From Bacteroidota bacterium (GTDB lineage Bacteria > Bacteroidota > Ignavibacteria > Kapaibacteriales > UBA961), in NCBI GenBank assembly GCA_049317525.1, contig JBMOIC010000002.1:67912-131911 (forward strand): 64,000 nt of DNA, given 5' to 3'. Positions 1-11,006 of this stretch are shown in pieces (position 1 is the first letter of the stretch; every line of letters begins with the position of its first letter). The notes below the pieces were generated by a model, which did not search any database, was not told where the DNA came from, and saw nothing but the letters and a program-made list of their open reading frames with translations. A program made the position numbers and the translations under genes.

Positions 1-63
1 GAAGAGCGTGGATTAGTGGGTTTAGAAGTATTGCGTGTTGTCCGCATTATAAATACCGGATAA
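1..63 (+). CDS. 3' end of an unidentified upstream gene (C-terminal 20 codons, ...EERGLVGLEVLRVVRIINTG, stop taa at 61-63)
   Basis: Open frame runs from the window edge to a TAA stop. There is no ORF-track support because it is truncated, and its identity is unknown. Confidence 0.25.
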   Translation, partial: EERGLVGLEVLRVVRIINTG

Positions 64-268
64 AAGTGTTTAAAGTATGTTTATGTATGCAACATATTCA
101 TGAAATAGAAGGATATATAATGATTTTTGGGAATGTGCTATTGTTCTGTGTAACCTGATAAAGAACAAATGCTAAAATATGCGGTTGGTATAGTACCAAA
201 AACTACTGCTTGCGATGCAAATATGAATGATATATTTCACATAAAAAAATAAATTATTTTGTAATTGA

Positions 269-2065
269 TTAATCTTCTGGAATTAAATCAAAATTAACAG
301 ACTTTCTTAGTGTAGAAATCGCTTCATTCATCTGATTTTGCGTTGAATATCCCCAAAGAAGTATTTGATAATAAGAATTACCATTTTGAATTCTCCTGTC
401 AAAATATGACATAATTTTCTTCTTTTCCCATTTTTCTATCATTGATAATGCTTCTTGTTCTGTATAAACTTTTTCAGCTCTTATTTCATAAGGAAATAAT
501 GAAGGGTCTATCCATCTACATTCTACCCTGCGATTCATGATAGTTTGATAATATTCATTCTCATCTGGATAAATTGGTTTAATATTACTTAGCCCTCGTA
601 TTCTTATTTGATTTGGATCAACACCTGTCATTATTAAGTATTTTCTTACGGCACTTGCCCTTTGTAATGCTAGGGCTAATGCATCATCATTAGATTCTAG
701 TAATGATGAATAGCCAATAATTTCAATAATTTTTGTTGGATTTAGTTTTAAAACAGCACCTAGATTTTGTATATGCAAGTAGAAAGATGTGTCTATAGAT
801 GTATTTGAATCATAAAATAAGTTGACAATTTTATATCTAGATAATTTTGAATTTTCATCTACATTACTAAGTACTTTTTGCGATAATACAGTATCATTCG
901 TAGGTAATTTCACAGATATATAGAACGATTCTCCACTTTTAAGAATAGAATCAGCAATCAATACTTCGTAAAATGTACCTTTATTGATTCTCATTAAAGA
1001 AATGAGAGAAGAAACACATGTATTTGTATCAGATGAAGATAGATCTAAAAAAGTACCGCCAGACTTAGAAGCTAAATATTTCAATGAATAATTGTCTAAA
1101 ACCTCATTATTTATATTACATACATGAATCGATATATTTCTTTTCTGTGCATTTTTTACAATAGATTCAGCATCATGAATATAAGATCCATTATCTGGGC
1201 CACTTGTTAAAACTATGATATCAGCATCATCGGCTATATCTTTATTCTTTAGAATAGAATCAATTACATGATAAATACATCTAATTCCTGCTGGTTTATA
1301 TCCTTGATAGGCATTAATTGCATTTATTATGTCAGTTTTATTTTTTAGGATTTGTTGCGAAACAATTGATGTATTAAATCGAATAAAATGGAGTGAATCA
1401 ATATCATTTATCTTGTTAATTGCTTGATATAGATAGGTATTAATGATTGATTGATTATGTATCATTTCTAAAGATTGATCCAAGGCTATCACAATGGAAG
1501 ATTTTTTCGAAAGACGAATTTCAGGTTTTACTTTGAAGCTGGCATTTAACGTAGAATCTTCATGTTGAAAAGAAATGGATGTTTCAATTATTTTATCATT
1601 AAGTATGAAGCCTTGATTATTATGTATCGAGAATACATATTTATGATGAGAAGAATCAAATTGAACAAACCTTTTATGTACTAAGCGCAATGATTGTGAA
1701 AATGAATCATTTATAGATAAAACATTATTCTGAGTACTATCTTGAGAAAATGTATCTTTATTATTATCTACATATATAGTCCTTAACTGAACCACTGAGT
1801 CATTCTTTCCCTTATAAGCTACTATTCTATATGTTGTATTTTGCAAAGGTAGTAAAACAGTAGAATCTTTTGTTCGATAAGTAGTTAAATCCCCTTCAAT
1901 TTTAACTGAATCTGCATTTTCAAATTGCCATGATAATTTTGCTTTTGACCCCTTAGTGATATCTGTTTCACCAGATATTTGCCTTAAAGTGAGCTGTTTT
2001 GTAGATGTACACCCCCAAAGACATAATATTAAGATAAATAAGAAACAATAGCGCATTTGGAACAT
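269..2065 (-). CDS. OmpA-family outer-membrane lipoprotein with a central vWA-like region and a C-terminal OmpA peptidoglycan-binding domain
   Basis: Lipoprotein-type signal (LWGCTS). The C-terminus (...EIIGYSSLLESNDDALALALQRASAVRKYL...NRRVECRWI) matches the OmpA_C motif. The middle region (IVIALDQS...) is vWA-like. Confidence 0.65.
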   Translation of the reverse strand: MFQMRYCFLFILILCLWGCTSTKQLTLRQISGETDITKGSKAKLSWQFENADSVKIEGDLTTYRTKDSTVLLPLQNTTYRIVAYKGKNDSVVQLRTIYVDNNKDTFSQDSTQNNVLSINDSFSQSLRLVHKRFVQFDSSHHKYVFSIHNNQGFILNDKIIETSISFQHEDSTLNASFKVKPEIRLSKKSSIVIALDQSLEMIHNQSIINTYLYQAINKINDIDSLHFIRFNTSIVSQQILKNKTDIINAINAYQGYKPAGIRCIYHVIDSILKNKDIADDADIIVLTSGPDNGSYIHDAESIVKNAQKRNISIHVCNINNEVLDNYSLKYLASKSGGTFLDLSSSDTNTCVSSLISLMRINKGTFYEVLIADSILKSGESFYISVKLPTNDTVLSQKVLSNVDENSKLSRYKIVNLFYDSNTSIDTSFYLHIQNLGAVLKLNPTKIIEIIGYSSLLESNDDALALALQRASAVRKYLIMTGVDPNQIRIRGLSNIKPIYPDENEYYQTIMNRRVECRWIDPSLFPYEIRAEKVYTEQEALSMIEKWEKKKIMSYFDRRIQNGNSYYQILLWGYSTQNQMNEAISTLRKSVNFDLIPED

Positions 2066-2120
2066 GTGAATATGTATATTTTTTTTACAAATTTATAATA
2101 AATACTAAATGATTTACAGC

Positions 2121-3356
2121 TTATGCAAATAATTTTATTGCTTTTTTTACACTATGTATAAAAATATCAATTTCTTCTTTAGTATTATAAAAAGCAAATG
2201 ATGCTCTGGTGGTGGCGGGCACATTAAAGAATTTCATTAATGGTTGTGCACAGTGATGTCCTGCCCTAACTGCAATACCATCGCGATCTAGTAATGATGC
2301 TATATCATGTGGGTGTATTGAATCAACTATAAAAGATATAGCACCCATACGCTGTTTTGCATTACCAATTATTGTTATTTCTGGAATTGATTGCAATAAC
2401 TCTAAAGCATAAGCATATAGAAAGTTCTCATAAGCATGTATGCTTTCAAATGATAAAGAAGAAAAGAAAGATATTGCAGTACCTAGACCTATAATTCCCT
2501 CTATATTTGGTGTTCCTGCTTCGAATTTATATGGCAAACCAGCATATGTAGATTTTTCAAATGTAACTTTATGTATCATATCGCCTCCTGCTTGATATGG
2601 TGGCATGTGATTCAAAAGTTCTTCTTTTCCATAAAGAACACCAGTACCAGAAGGCCCATATATTTTATGTCCAGAAAAAACCATAAAGTCACAATCTAAT
2701 GCTTGAACATCGATAGGAATATGTTGTATGGCTTGGCATGCATCTAATACTACAGGAATATTATTTTGTCTTGCTAAGCTAATTATCTCTGAAATAGGAT
2801 TTACCGTACCAATTACATTCGACACATACACAATTGATATAATTTTTGTTTTATTACTTATTAATTCTTGTAATGAATCAATCAGCAATTCACCATTTTT
2901 ATCAATAGGTATAATTTTTAAGATACATCCTTTCTTTTCACAAAGTATTTGCCATGGTAGTATATTGGCATGATGCTCCATTTGAGAAATAATTATCTCA
3001 TCATCTTTTTGTATAAATGCATCTCCAAAAGAAGAGGCAATAAGATTAATTGCTTCTGTTGCTCCCTTTGTAAATATAATTTCTGATTGTTTTTTTGCAT
3101 TGATAAAAGATCGAACAATTTCTCTAGTTTGTTCAAACAAGTCTGAAGACTTTTGACTTAAATAATAAACTCCCCTATGGACATTGGCATTATAGTTTTG
3201 ATAAAAATGTGTAAGGGTATCTATAACAGCTTGTGGTTTTTGTGTAGTTGCTGCATTGTCCAAATATATCAATGGTTTATCATATACCGAAGTATGCAGA
3301 ATTGGAAAATGATCTCTCCATTGATTAATCAAATGTACAGATGTATCGTCTATCAT
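2121..3356 (-). CDS. sufS: cysteine desulfurase SufS (class V aminotransferase)
   Basis: The PLP-lysine region SGHKIYGPSGTGVLYG and the HHANILPWQ motif are present. It is the last gene of the suf cluster and overlaps sufD by 4 nt. Confidence 0.9.
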   Translation of the reverse strand: MIDDTSVHLINQWRDHFPILHTSVYDKPLIYLDNAATTQKPQAVIDTLTHFYQNYNANVHRGVYYLSQKSSDLFEQTREIVRSFINAKKQSEIIFTKGATEAINLIASSFGDAFIQKDDEIIISQMEHHANILPWQILCEKKGCILKIIPIDKNGELLIDSLQELISNKTKIISIVYVSNVIGTVNPISEIISLARQNNIPVVLDACQAIQHIPIDVQALDCDFMVFSGHKIYGPSGTGVLYGKEELLNHMPPYQAGGDMIHKVTFEKSTYAGLPYKFEAGTPNIEGIIGLGTAISFFSSLSFESIHAYENFLYAYALELLQSIPEITIIGNAKQRMGAISFIVDSIHPHDIASLLDRDGIAVRAGHHCAQPLMKFFNVPATTRASFAFYNTKEEIDIFIHSVKKAIKLFA

Positions 3357-4609
3357 AATCGTGTTAGATATTGTGAAATAAGCACATCAATACTCTCTTT
3401 TAGATCTTCATTGGGTATATCATCAATAATTTCATTCATAAAAGCTTTCATCAATAAAGATTTAGCTATGTTCTCTGGGATTCCGCGAGAAATTAAATAG
3501 AAAAGTTGATCGCTATCTAAAGCACCAGAAGTAGCACCATGACTGCATTTAACATCATCAGCAAATATTTCTAATTGAGGTTTTGTATTTAATGATGCAT
3601 TATCTGATAATAATAAAGATTTGTTGGATTGATAAGCATTCGTTTTTTGTGCATCTTTAAAAACAAATATTTTTCCATTAAAAACTATTGTTGATTCATC
3701 ATGTAAGATATGCTTAAACAATTCATTACTTTCACAATGCGGAGCTATATGATTAACAACTGTATGATTATCTACAAATTCATTTTTTTTAGTTAAGATA
3801 GCACCATAAATATTTGCTTCTGCATATTGTTCTACTAAAGATGCATTAATTTCATTTCTTGTAAATGCTGTTCCGGCATTGACAATATGAATTGTTGAGC
3901 TAGCCTTTGTTTTAATAGAAGAGTAATGACCATAGAAAAGATAATTTTCTTCTAATGAAGTTTGATTCACTGTGAAATCAATTGAACTATTTGGATGAAT
4001 ATCTACCTCTATGATTTCATTGATAATATGATGCTTACCATGTATGGTATATGATTCTAATAATTCTACTTTTGCGTTTTCTTGAACACTGATAAACAAT
4101 CTTGGATTACACAATAATGGCTGATTCTCATGTACATTTCCAATGATATGGTGTATCTGAATTGATATATCTTCACCTGGATGGCAATTCACATGAATTC
4201 CATGATTAAAGAGAGAGGTATTGATATCTACAAATGGATTATCTTTTGCATTCACTAATGTGTTGAAGCTCTCTGGTATTGATATGTCATCCAATACTTC
4301 TATGTCTACATTCTTACTTACATTTTTTGACAAAGTTGATGAATAATAACCATCTAAGAATACTATCGTTGAAATTTTGGAATCAACTTGCATGATATTA
4401 TGTAATGGCAATTCAGCAAGCTGAAATGAAGTATGTATGTGTTTATATAAATTTATATATTTCCAATCTTCATTTGAAGGGGTTGGTATTCCTTTCTTAA
4501 TAGCAGATTTCTGTGCACTTTGTTTTATCGTGCTTAATGGTTTATCAGAAATATTTTCTGCACTAAAAAGAGAAGAGTTTAATAAATCAGATAATAAATA
4601 TGTATTCAT
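3353..4609 (-). CDS. sufD: Fe-S cluster assembly protein SufD
   Basis: SufB/SufD-family C-terminal region (…KCSHGATSGALDSDQLFYLISRGI…). It sits between sufC and sufS. Confidence 0.85.
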   Translation of the reverse strand: MNTYLLSDLLNSSLFSAENISDKPLSTIKQSAQKSAIKKGIPTPSNEDWKYINLYKHIHTSFQLAELPLHNIMQVDSKISTIVFLDGYYSSTLSKNVSKNVDIEVLDDISIPESFNTLVNAKDNPFVDINTSLFNHGIHVNCHPGEDISIQIHHIIGNVHENQPLLCNPRLFISVQENAKVELLESYTIHGKHHIINEIIEVDIHPNSSIDFTVNQTSLEENYLFYGHYSSIKTKASSTIHIVNAGTAFTRNEINASLVEQYAEANIYGAILTKKNEFVDNHTVVNHIAPHCESNELFKHILHDESTIVFNGKIFVFKDAQKTNAYQSNKSLLLSDNASLNTKPQLEIFADDVKCSHGATSGALDSDQLFYLISRGIPENIAKSLLMKAFMNEIIDDIPNEDLKESIDVLISQYLTRL

Positions 4610-4644
4610 GATATGATAATATGTTCAGTAAATAAAAGGTGTTT

Positions 4645-5400
4645 TTAGGCTAATGATAAATCTTCTTTAATCCAATCATAACCTCTAGACTCAAGTTCAA
4701 GTGCTAAGTTTTTATCACCTGATTTTACAATTTTTCCTTTATATAATACATGTACATAGTCAGGAATAATATAATCTAATAATCTTTGATAATGTGTTAT
4801 AAGAATTGTTGCATTATCTTTTGTTTTTAAGGCATTCACTCCATGAGAAACTATCTTTAATGCATCTATATCTAATCCTGAATCCGTTTCATCTAATATT
4901 GACAATGTGGGTTCTAACATAGCCATTTGGAATATCTCATTTCTCTTTTTTTCTCCGCCAGAAAAACCTTCATTTAAAGATCTTTGAATAAAAGAAATAT
5001 CGATATCAACTAATTTTGCCTTTTCTTTCATAAAAGATAAAAAATCCATTGCATCAAGTGTTTCTTCGCCTCTGTATTTTTTAATCTCATTCAATGCGGT
5101 TTTTAGAAAATTTGCTGTTGATACACCAGGTATTTCAACTGGATATTGAAAAGCAAGGAATAAACCTTCAGCAGCTCTATGTTCGGGCTTCATATCTACA
5201 AGATTCTTACCTAAAAATTCAATAGAACCTTGAGTAATCTCATAATCTTCTTTTCCAGCTAAAACAGATGCTAATGTTGATTTACCAGATCCATTTGGAC
5301 CCATGATAGCATGTATTTCACCTGGATTCACCTGTAAATTAATTCCTTTAAGAATTTCAGTATCATTGATTGATGCGTGTAAGTTGTTTATTTTCAACAT
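4645..5400 (-). CDS. sufC: Fe-S cluster assembly ATPase SufC
   Basis: Walker [10 protein letters not shown] and ABC signature [11 protein letters not shown] are present. The length (251 aa) and the position after sufB fit SufC. Confidence 0.92.
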   Translation of the reverse strand: MLKINNLHASINDTEILKGINLQVNPGEIHAIMGPNGSGKSTLASVLAGKEDYEITQGSIEFLGKNLVDMKPEHRAAEGLFLAFQYPVEIPGVSTANFLKTALNEIKKYRGEETLDAMDFLSFMKEKAKLVDIDISFIQRSLNEGFSGGEKKRNEIFQMAMLEPTLSILDETDSGLDIDALKIVSHGVNALKTKDNATILITHYQRLLDYIIPDYVHVLYKGKIVKSGDKNLALELESRGYDWIKEDLSLA

Positions 5401-5433
5401 AATATTATATTTTATAAAAATTGATAATCGTAT

Positions 5434-6894
5434 TTATCCAACACTACCTTCTAAACTAACCGCAAGAAGTCTTTGAGCTTCTACAGCAAATTCCATTGGT
5501 AATTGATTCATAACTTCTTTGCAATATCCATTCACAATTAATCCTACAGCTTCTTCTGTAGAAATTCCTCTTTGATTACAATAAAACAATATATCCTCTC
5601 CAATTTTGGATGTTGTAGCTTCATGTTCTACAACCGAAGATGAATTGTGTATTTCTAAATATGGAAATGTATGTGCTCCACAAGTATCACCTATCAATAA
5701 TGAATCACATTGAGAATAATTTCTTGCATTCTGAGCTTTTTTATGAACTTGAACCAATCCTCTATAACTATTTTGTGATACTCCAGCAGAAATTCCTTTT
5801 GAAACGATTCTACTTCTAGTATTTTTACCTAAATGAATCATCTTAGTACCTGTATCGGCTTGTTGATGGTTATTTGTGACAGCTACCGAATAAAATTCAC
5901 CGATTGAATCATCGCCTTTCAATATTACAGAAGGATATTTCCATGTAATAGCTGAACCAGTCTCTACCTGAGTCCACGATATTTTTGATTTATATCCAGC
6001 ACATAATCCCCTTTTGGTAACAAAATTATAAATACCACCTTTGCCATCCTTATCGCCTGGATACCAATTTTGGACAGTAGCATATTTTACTTCAGCTTTT
6101 TCCATTGCTACTATTTCAACAACTGCTGCATGCAATTGATTTTCATCTCGCATAGGCGCAGTACAACCTTCTAAATAGCTTACATAACTTCCTTCATCTG
6201 CTACAATTAATGTTCTTTCAAATTGCCCAGTATTCTTAGCATTAATTCTAAAATAGGTTGATAACTCCATTGGACAACGTATTCCTTTGGGTATATAACA
6301 GAATGATCCATCACTAAAAACAGCTGAATTTAACGCTGTATAGTAGTTATCTCCCATTGGAACTACAGATCCAAGATATTTACGTACTAAATCAGGATAT
6401 TCTTGAATTGCATCACTCATAGAACAAAATATTACTCCAATAGATAATAACTTTTCTCTAAAAGTTGTGGCAACAGATACACTATCTAATACTGCATCTA
6501 CTGCTATGCCACTTAATCTTTCTTGTTCAACTAAAGATATTCCTAGTTTTTCAAATGTCTTTCTTAGTTCTGGGTCTATCTCATCTAAAGATTTTGGTGC
6601 ATCTTTTTTCTTTGGCTCTGCATAATAACTTATCTCATTAAAATCTATAGCTGGATATGTTACATTAGACCATTGAGGTTCTTTTAATGATAGCCAATAA
6701 TGATATGCTTTTAATCTCCATTCTAACATCCATAATGGTTCATTCTTTTTAGCAGAAATCATTCTAACAATTTCTTCATTTAATCCTATTGGGGCAATCT
6801 CTTGATCTATATCAGATATAAATCCATATTTATATTCTCCAGCTACTATATCATCAACTACCTGCATTCCATTATCCATATATTTTTTCTCCAT
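5434..6894 (-). CDS. sufB: Fe-S cluster assembly scaffold SufB
   Basis: 486 aa with the conserved SufB C-terminus (…[10 protein letters not shown]…[20 protein letters not shown]…). Confidence 0.92.
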   Translation of the reverse strand: MEKKYMDNGMQVVDDIVAGEYKYGFISDIDQEIAPIGLNEEIVRMISAKKNEPLWMLEWRLKAYHYWLSLKEPQWSNVTYPAIDFNEISYYAEPKKKDAPKSLDEIDPELRKTFEKLGISLVEQERLSGIAVDAVLDSVSVATTFREKLLSIGVIFCSMSDAIQEYPDLVRKYLGSVVPMGDNYYTALNSAVFSDGSFCYIPKGIRCPMELSTYFRINAKNTGQFERTLIVADEGSYVSYLEGCTAPMRDENQLHAAVVEIVAMEKAEVKYATVQNWYPGDKDGKGGIYNFVTKRGLCAGYKSKISWTQVETGSAITWKYPSVILKGDDSIGEFYSVAVTNNHQQADTGTKMIHLGKNTRSRIVSKGISAGVSQNSYRGLVQVHKKAQNARNYSQCDSLLIGDTCGAHTFPYLEIHNSSSVVEHEATTSKIGEDILFYCNQRGISTEEAVGLIVNGYCKEVMNQLPMEFAVEAQRLLAVSLEGSVG

Positions 6895-6902
6895 GAAGAA
6901 TC

Positions 6903-7367
6903 TTAAAACAGTAACTCAACTTCATATGTATGAACTTGAGGTGTATTCAATAAAAAATCTTTAATTGTGATAGATATAAATAATTCATCCATTTTTTGCT
7001 GAATAATCAACATTGGATGTCTTATTGTACAGTGATCAAATGTTTGGCATGTACAAGTACTTTCAATATTTTCATTGTGATTATGAGAACATTCAACAAT
7101 ATTTGTAGAATTTCTTTCTATGGATCGAATCACTTTATCAAGAGTTATAGATTCTGGTTTTTCTTGTAAAATATATCCACCTTGTACTCCTTGAACAGAT
7201 CGAATAAGCTTAGATTTAGATAATAGGCCTAGTACTTTAGCAAGTAATTCAAATGATATTCCATGTGAATCAGAAATTTCTTTAGCAGACACTAAAGTTC
7301 CATTACTTAAAGCAATATGCTGCAATGCTAATAAAGCATATTCAGTCTTTTTTGTTAATCGTATCAT
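6903..7367 (-). CDS. Rrf2-family transcriptional regulator (IscR/SufR-like), first gene of the suf operon
   Basis: The N-terminal Rrf2 wHTH ([19 protein letters not shown]) is present. The C-terminal Cys cluster ([16 protein letters not shown]) is consistent with Fe-S ligation. It lies 9 nt upstream of sufB. Confidence 0.8.
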   Translation of the reverse strand: MIRLTKKTEYALLALQHIALSNGTLVSAKEISDSHGISFELLAKVLGLLSKSKLIRSVQGVQGGYILQEKPESITLDKVIRSIERNSTNIVECSHNHNENIESTCTCQTFDHCTIRHPMLIIQQKMDELFISITIKDFLLNTPQVHTYEVELLF

Positions 7368-7543
7368 ATAACATCACCTTTTTCATAAAGGTTCATAGAA
7401 TGCTACAAATATAAGACTTATTTAGTCGGATATTCATAGAAAGTATTCTTACATCAATTATTATTGTTAATTAAAGTTTCTTGAGGATTTTAAAGGTGTT
7501 TAGCATATCTTAGGAATAGCCTAACTTTTGATCTTAGAGGAGG

Positions 7544-7577
7544 ATTAACAGTTAGTAAAGACTTCCTAATTGTTAAT
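7544..7577. promoter_or_regulatory. 12-bp inverted repeat with one mismatch (attaacagttag / ctaattgttaat, 10-nt spacer) just 3' of the birA stop and upstream of the suf operon
   Basis: The arms were read directly from the sequence. It could be a U-tract-less terminator for birA or an operator. No U-run follows it on the minus strand. Confidence 0.25.
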
Positions 7578-7592
7578 ATCTTTGATAGTGTA

Positions 7593-8327
7593 TCAATTCA
7601 AATCATAATAGATAGAATCACCATTGTCTATATATAACTTCTTATTATCTTTTGTCACATGTAAAGTTCCATTATTAGCTATAGATTCTACAATAGCTGA
7701 TTCACCTGAATGTACAATAGTGATCTCTTTTCCAATGATATTAAGTGCATCACACCACAATGTGTATATATATTGTTCATCACATTCTAGATATCCGAAC
7801 AGATTACTTAGTATAGAGCTTTGTAGTGATTGAATAACGACATTATCATCATCTAAAATCTGGGACAATGATATTGCTTTGTCTTTAATTGACTCATCAA
7901 ATTCTTGTTGAAAGACATTAAGTCCAATACCAATAATAACACTTTCAAGTTGAGAACCTATAAATTCTGTTTGAATTAGAATACCAGATATTTTTTTCCA
8001 AGACATATTTTGTCGAATATAAATATCATTCGGATATTTAATTCTTATCATATCTGGAGAAAGATATAAAAGCAAAGAAGCCTGAACAGCTAATACTGAG
8101 CAGGCTTGATAATAAAAGGGCGAAAGATGACTATTAAGCATTGTTGTAGAAAGAGCAATACTTAAGTATATATTTTTATATGAATCTCCAAACCAAGATT
8201 TACCATTTCTTCCAAATCCTGATTTTTGTGAATTTGAAGATATAATAACAGAATTAGAATATCTTTTTAACACTCTTGCTATCGTATTTGTACTTGAAAC
8301 AGCATCGTAATGGAGTATAAGACTCAT
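7593..8327 (-). CDS. birA: biotin--[acetyl-CoA-carboxylase] ligase (group I BirA, no DNA-binding domain)
   Basis: The BPL motif GFGRNGKSWFGDSYKNIYLSIAL resembles GRGRxGRxW. The start was moved to the internal Met (MSLILHYDAVSSTNT, ATG at 8327). This removes the 44-nt overlap with the upstream TPR gene and matches canonical BirA N-termini. Confidence 0.72.
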   Translation of the reverse strand: MSLILHYDAVSSTNTIARVLKRYSNSVIISSNSQKSGFGRNGKSWFGDSYKNIYLSIALSTTMLNSHLSPFYYQACSVLAVQASLLLYLSPDMIRIKYPNDIYIRQNMSWKKISGILIQTEFIGSQLESVIIGIGLNVFQQEFDESIKDKAISLSQILDDDNVVIQSLQSSILSNLFGYLECDEQYIYTLWCDALNIIGKEITIVHSGESAIVESIANNGTLHVTKDNKKLYIDNGDSIYYDLN

Positions 8328-8328
8328 A

Positions 8329-10041
8329 TTATTTACATAATAATGCTTTTTTGTTCTTACTAGCAGCAACATTAGATGGATCTAATCTTAATGCTTCATT
8401 ATAATTTTTGCACGCATTTTGGCTATCATTTTGGCTTTGATAAGCAAAACCTAAATAGACATATGGAGTAGCACTATTTTTATTTATATCAGACCACTCT
8501 TTGGCATACTTGATAACAGAAGCGAATTCTTTTGATTCTAAATTGATTCTGCACAAAGCATCCAACACTGATTCTCCTTCTTTTTTTGTAGCAGCATTAT
8601 TGGGATTTTCAAGTATTGATTGAGCATAAATTTGATATGCTTCAGTAAGATATTGTTTTCCTGCATCACTTTTTTTCATAGCATTAAAAGAATTATACAT
8701 AGATATTCTTGCTGGTATGCTATTAATTTCTTTTGTTAGATACTCTTTAAAAACGATAATTGCAGAATCATGTTTTGCAGAAAAATACAAACAATTTCCT
8801 ATGTAGTACATAGATTTCACGCTATTAGTATCATCACACATATTAATTCGTTTATAAAATACATTAATCGCTTCATCATACTTTTTCATACTCATTAAAA
8901 GATTAGCAAATCTAAACATAGTATTACATTTTTTATCGGGACCTTCTATTGCAGAATAAAATGCCTTAACTGCTGTATTAGTATCTTTTGCAAAAAAAGC
9001 AGCATATCCATAACGCTCATAGTTAGCTTGGTCTATCTTAGTTAGAGTTCCATATAAATCGCTAGATTCTTTATATTTTTTTGTTTCAAAATAGGAATGT
9101 GCTAACATTTCATTTGCTTGAACTGTAATTGTATCAATCTTATTTCTCACAGCTTCAAGATGTACAACAGCCGAATCAAATCTTTTAGACTTATACCATG
9201 CCTGCGCACAATACCAACGCCCAAGCCAACCCTCTGGCCTTAATAAAGCATATCTATTAAAAGATGAACCTGCTTCAAGAAATTTGGAGGCAAGAAAAAA
9301 TATTTTCCCTTGTTCATAAAAAGCAGTAGCATTTTTGGGATCTACTTTAGTGATATAATTCCATTCATTTAAAGAACGTCGAAAATATTCTTGAGATAAT
9401 GTTTGATCCATTTCCATATTACCTAAACGATAATATGAGCTTGCTAATTTAATTCTAGGTTCTAATAATTCTTTATTTAATAAGATTGCAGATTCATAAT
9501 TATCTTTGGCTAATTCATATACTTTTTTTGCATAATACAAATCACCTAATCCAGTAAATATTTCAGCTCTTTTATCATCACTTTCTCTTGCTTTTAACAA
9601 TGTATATTCGGCTTGTGCAAGTGAATCTGCTTTTAGATAAATATTTGCTAAAGCTATTAAATTATCTGGGTTTTTATCCATCCCCTTTTTCTTAAATAGC
9701 TTATTCATAATATTTACCGCATCAGTAAATTTTGAAGTGTTTGCTAAAGCTAAGGCATACTTTCTGGTAAATGTTACATTATTTGATTCTATTTCTAAAG
9801 CTGCTTGTAAAACTTTGACAGCTTCTGCATGATATTCCATTTCTACATAGACATCTGCAGCTAAACCTAATAATTCTAATGAATTCGGATTTTCACTAAT
9901 TACTTGAGAGGTCAATGAAAGTGCTTCAACATATTCCTTTTCGATAATTGCTTGCTTAAAGCGTTCGACAGTACTTTGTGCTTTTACATGTAAGAAAGCA
10001 AAAGAGAATACAATTAATGCAATGATCAATCTCATGAACAT
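8329..10041 (-). CDS. secreted TPR-repeat protein
   Basis: Signal peptide (…FLHVKAQS) followed by repeated TPR-like helical pairs along 570 aa. Confidence 0.7.
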   Translation of the reverse strand: MFMRLIIALIVFSFAFLHVKAQSTVERFKQAIIEKEYVEALSLTSQVISENPNSLELLGLAADVYVEMEYHAEAVKVLQAALEIESNNVTFTRKYALALANTSKFTDAVNIMNKLFKKKGMDKNPDNLIALANIYLKADSLAQAEYTLLKARESDDKRAEIFTGLGDLYYAKKVYELAKDNYESAILLNKELLEPRIKLASSYYRLGNMEMDQTLSQEYFRRSLNEWNYITKVDPKNATAFYEQGKIFFLASKFLEAGSSFNRYALLRPEGWLGRWYCAQAWYKSKRFDSAVVHLEAVRNKIDTITVQANEMLAHSYFETKKYKESSDLYGTLTKIDQANYERYGYAAFFAKDTNTAVKAFYSAIEGPDKKCNTMFRFANLLMSMKKYDEAINVFYKRINMCDDTNSVKSMYYIGNCLYFSAKHDSAIIVFKEYLTKEINSIPARISMYNSFNAMKKSDAGKQYLTEAYQIYAQSILENPNNAATKKEGESVLDALCRINLESKEFASVIKYAKEWSDINKNSATPYVYLGFAYQSQNDSQNACKNYNEALRLDPSNVAASKNKKALLCK

Positions 10042-10063
10042 ATACCTATAATAATAAAATAAT

Positions 10064-11005
10064 TTATTTTAATTTAAATGATATTGGAACTGATAACCAA
10101 CACGCAATTGGTTTTCCATTTTGTAATGCGGGAAGAAATTGAGATTTCATAACCGCATCCCCTGCAGATTTATTGAATAATTCTGAATCAGTTATTTCTA
10201 CGATAAACTTTTTGGCTTTTCCATTTTTTCTAATTAATACTCTTAATGAAACCTTACCTTCTATTCCTGCTTTTTTTGCTAATTCTGGATAAACAAGATT
10301 ACTTTGTATGAGGGCGCCATCTACAAAGGGTTGCTTATTTACTGCAATAGTTTCATCAATAGTTGGATCTGGTTCTTTATCATCTTTAACTAAGAGTACA
10401 TGTTTTTTTCTGATATCAATATTGGAAGGATCTATCTTTAATGCATCTTCATAATGCATTCTGGCTGCATCTCCATTATTCTTTTGCATGGCTATACTTG
10501 CTAAAGAAGCTGATGCTTGCCATAATCTACTATTTAACTTCTTGGCTTCAAGATAACTTTTTTCAGCTTCTACAGATTTTCCAGATGCCAATAATCCATC
10601 TGCATATGCTAAATGATTCCAAGGGTCTTTTTCATTTGCTTTTAAAGCTTTCAATAAAAATGTAATTGCAGATTTATAATCTTTCTTTCTAGTAAAAAGT
10701 TGGCCTATTTTTCTATCTATGCCATAATTTGCTTCTTGAATCTTGCTTGCATTTTTATACAATATTAATGCAGAATCAAGTTTATTAACTTCAATATATA
10801 TGTCACCTGCCAATAATAAAATATCAGCATCTTTTAATTGATCTTTGAGATTACTCTGAATTAATGAATAAGCTTTTGTATAATCTTTACTATTGAAAGC
10901 TTTCTTAACAGCATCAATTGAACCATACATTGGTAATGTTAGTACAATTGATACAATAAGTACTTGTAACTGCAGAGCAAATGAATGATAGTGTTTAGTA
11001 TGCAT
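10064..11005 (-). CDS. TPR-repeat protein with a C-terminal TonB-C (energy transducer) domain
   Basis: TPR repeats are followed by …YPELAKKAGIEGKVSLRVLIRKNGKAKKFIVE…SVPISFKLK, which is the typical TonB C-terminal fold signature. Confidence 0.7.
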   Translation of the reverse strand: MHTKHYHSFALQLQVLIVSIVLTLPMYGSIDAVKKAFNSKDYTKAYSLIQSNLKDQLKDADILLLAGDIYIEVNKLDSALILYKNASKIQEANYGIDRKIGQLFTRKKDYKSAITFLLKALKANEKDPWNHLAYADGLLASGKSVEAEKSYLEAKKLNSRLWQASASLASIAMQKNNGDAARMHYEDALKIDPSNIDIRKKHVLLVKDDKEPDPTIDETIAVNKQPFVDGALIQSNLVYPELAKKAGIEGKVSLRVLIRKNGKAKKFIVEITDSELFNKSAGDAVMKSQFLPALQNGKPIACWLSVPISFKLK

Positions 11006-11006
11006 A

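Noticed and set aside
2728-3500. Plus-strand ORFs 2728..2973 and 3177..3500 inside sufS/sufD
   Set aside because: They are antisense to strongly supported suf genes. The translations are low-complexity I/F/L-rich, as expected from AT-rich antisense frames.
7624-7833. 69-aa plus-strand ORF inside birA
   Set aside because: It is antisense to a gene with a clear BPL motif and has no signal, motif or RBS.
10441-10665. 74-aa plus-strand ORF inside the TPR/TonB-C gene
   Set aside because: Antisense overlap with no features.
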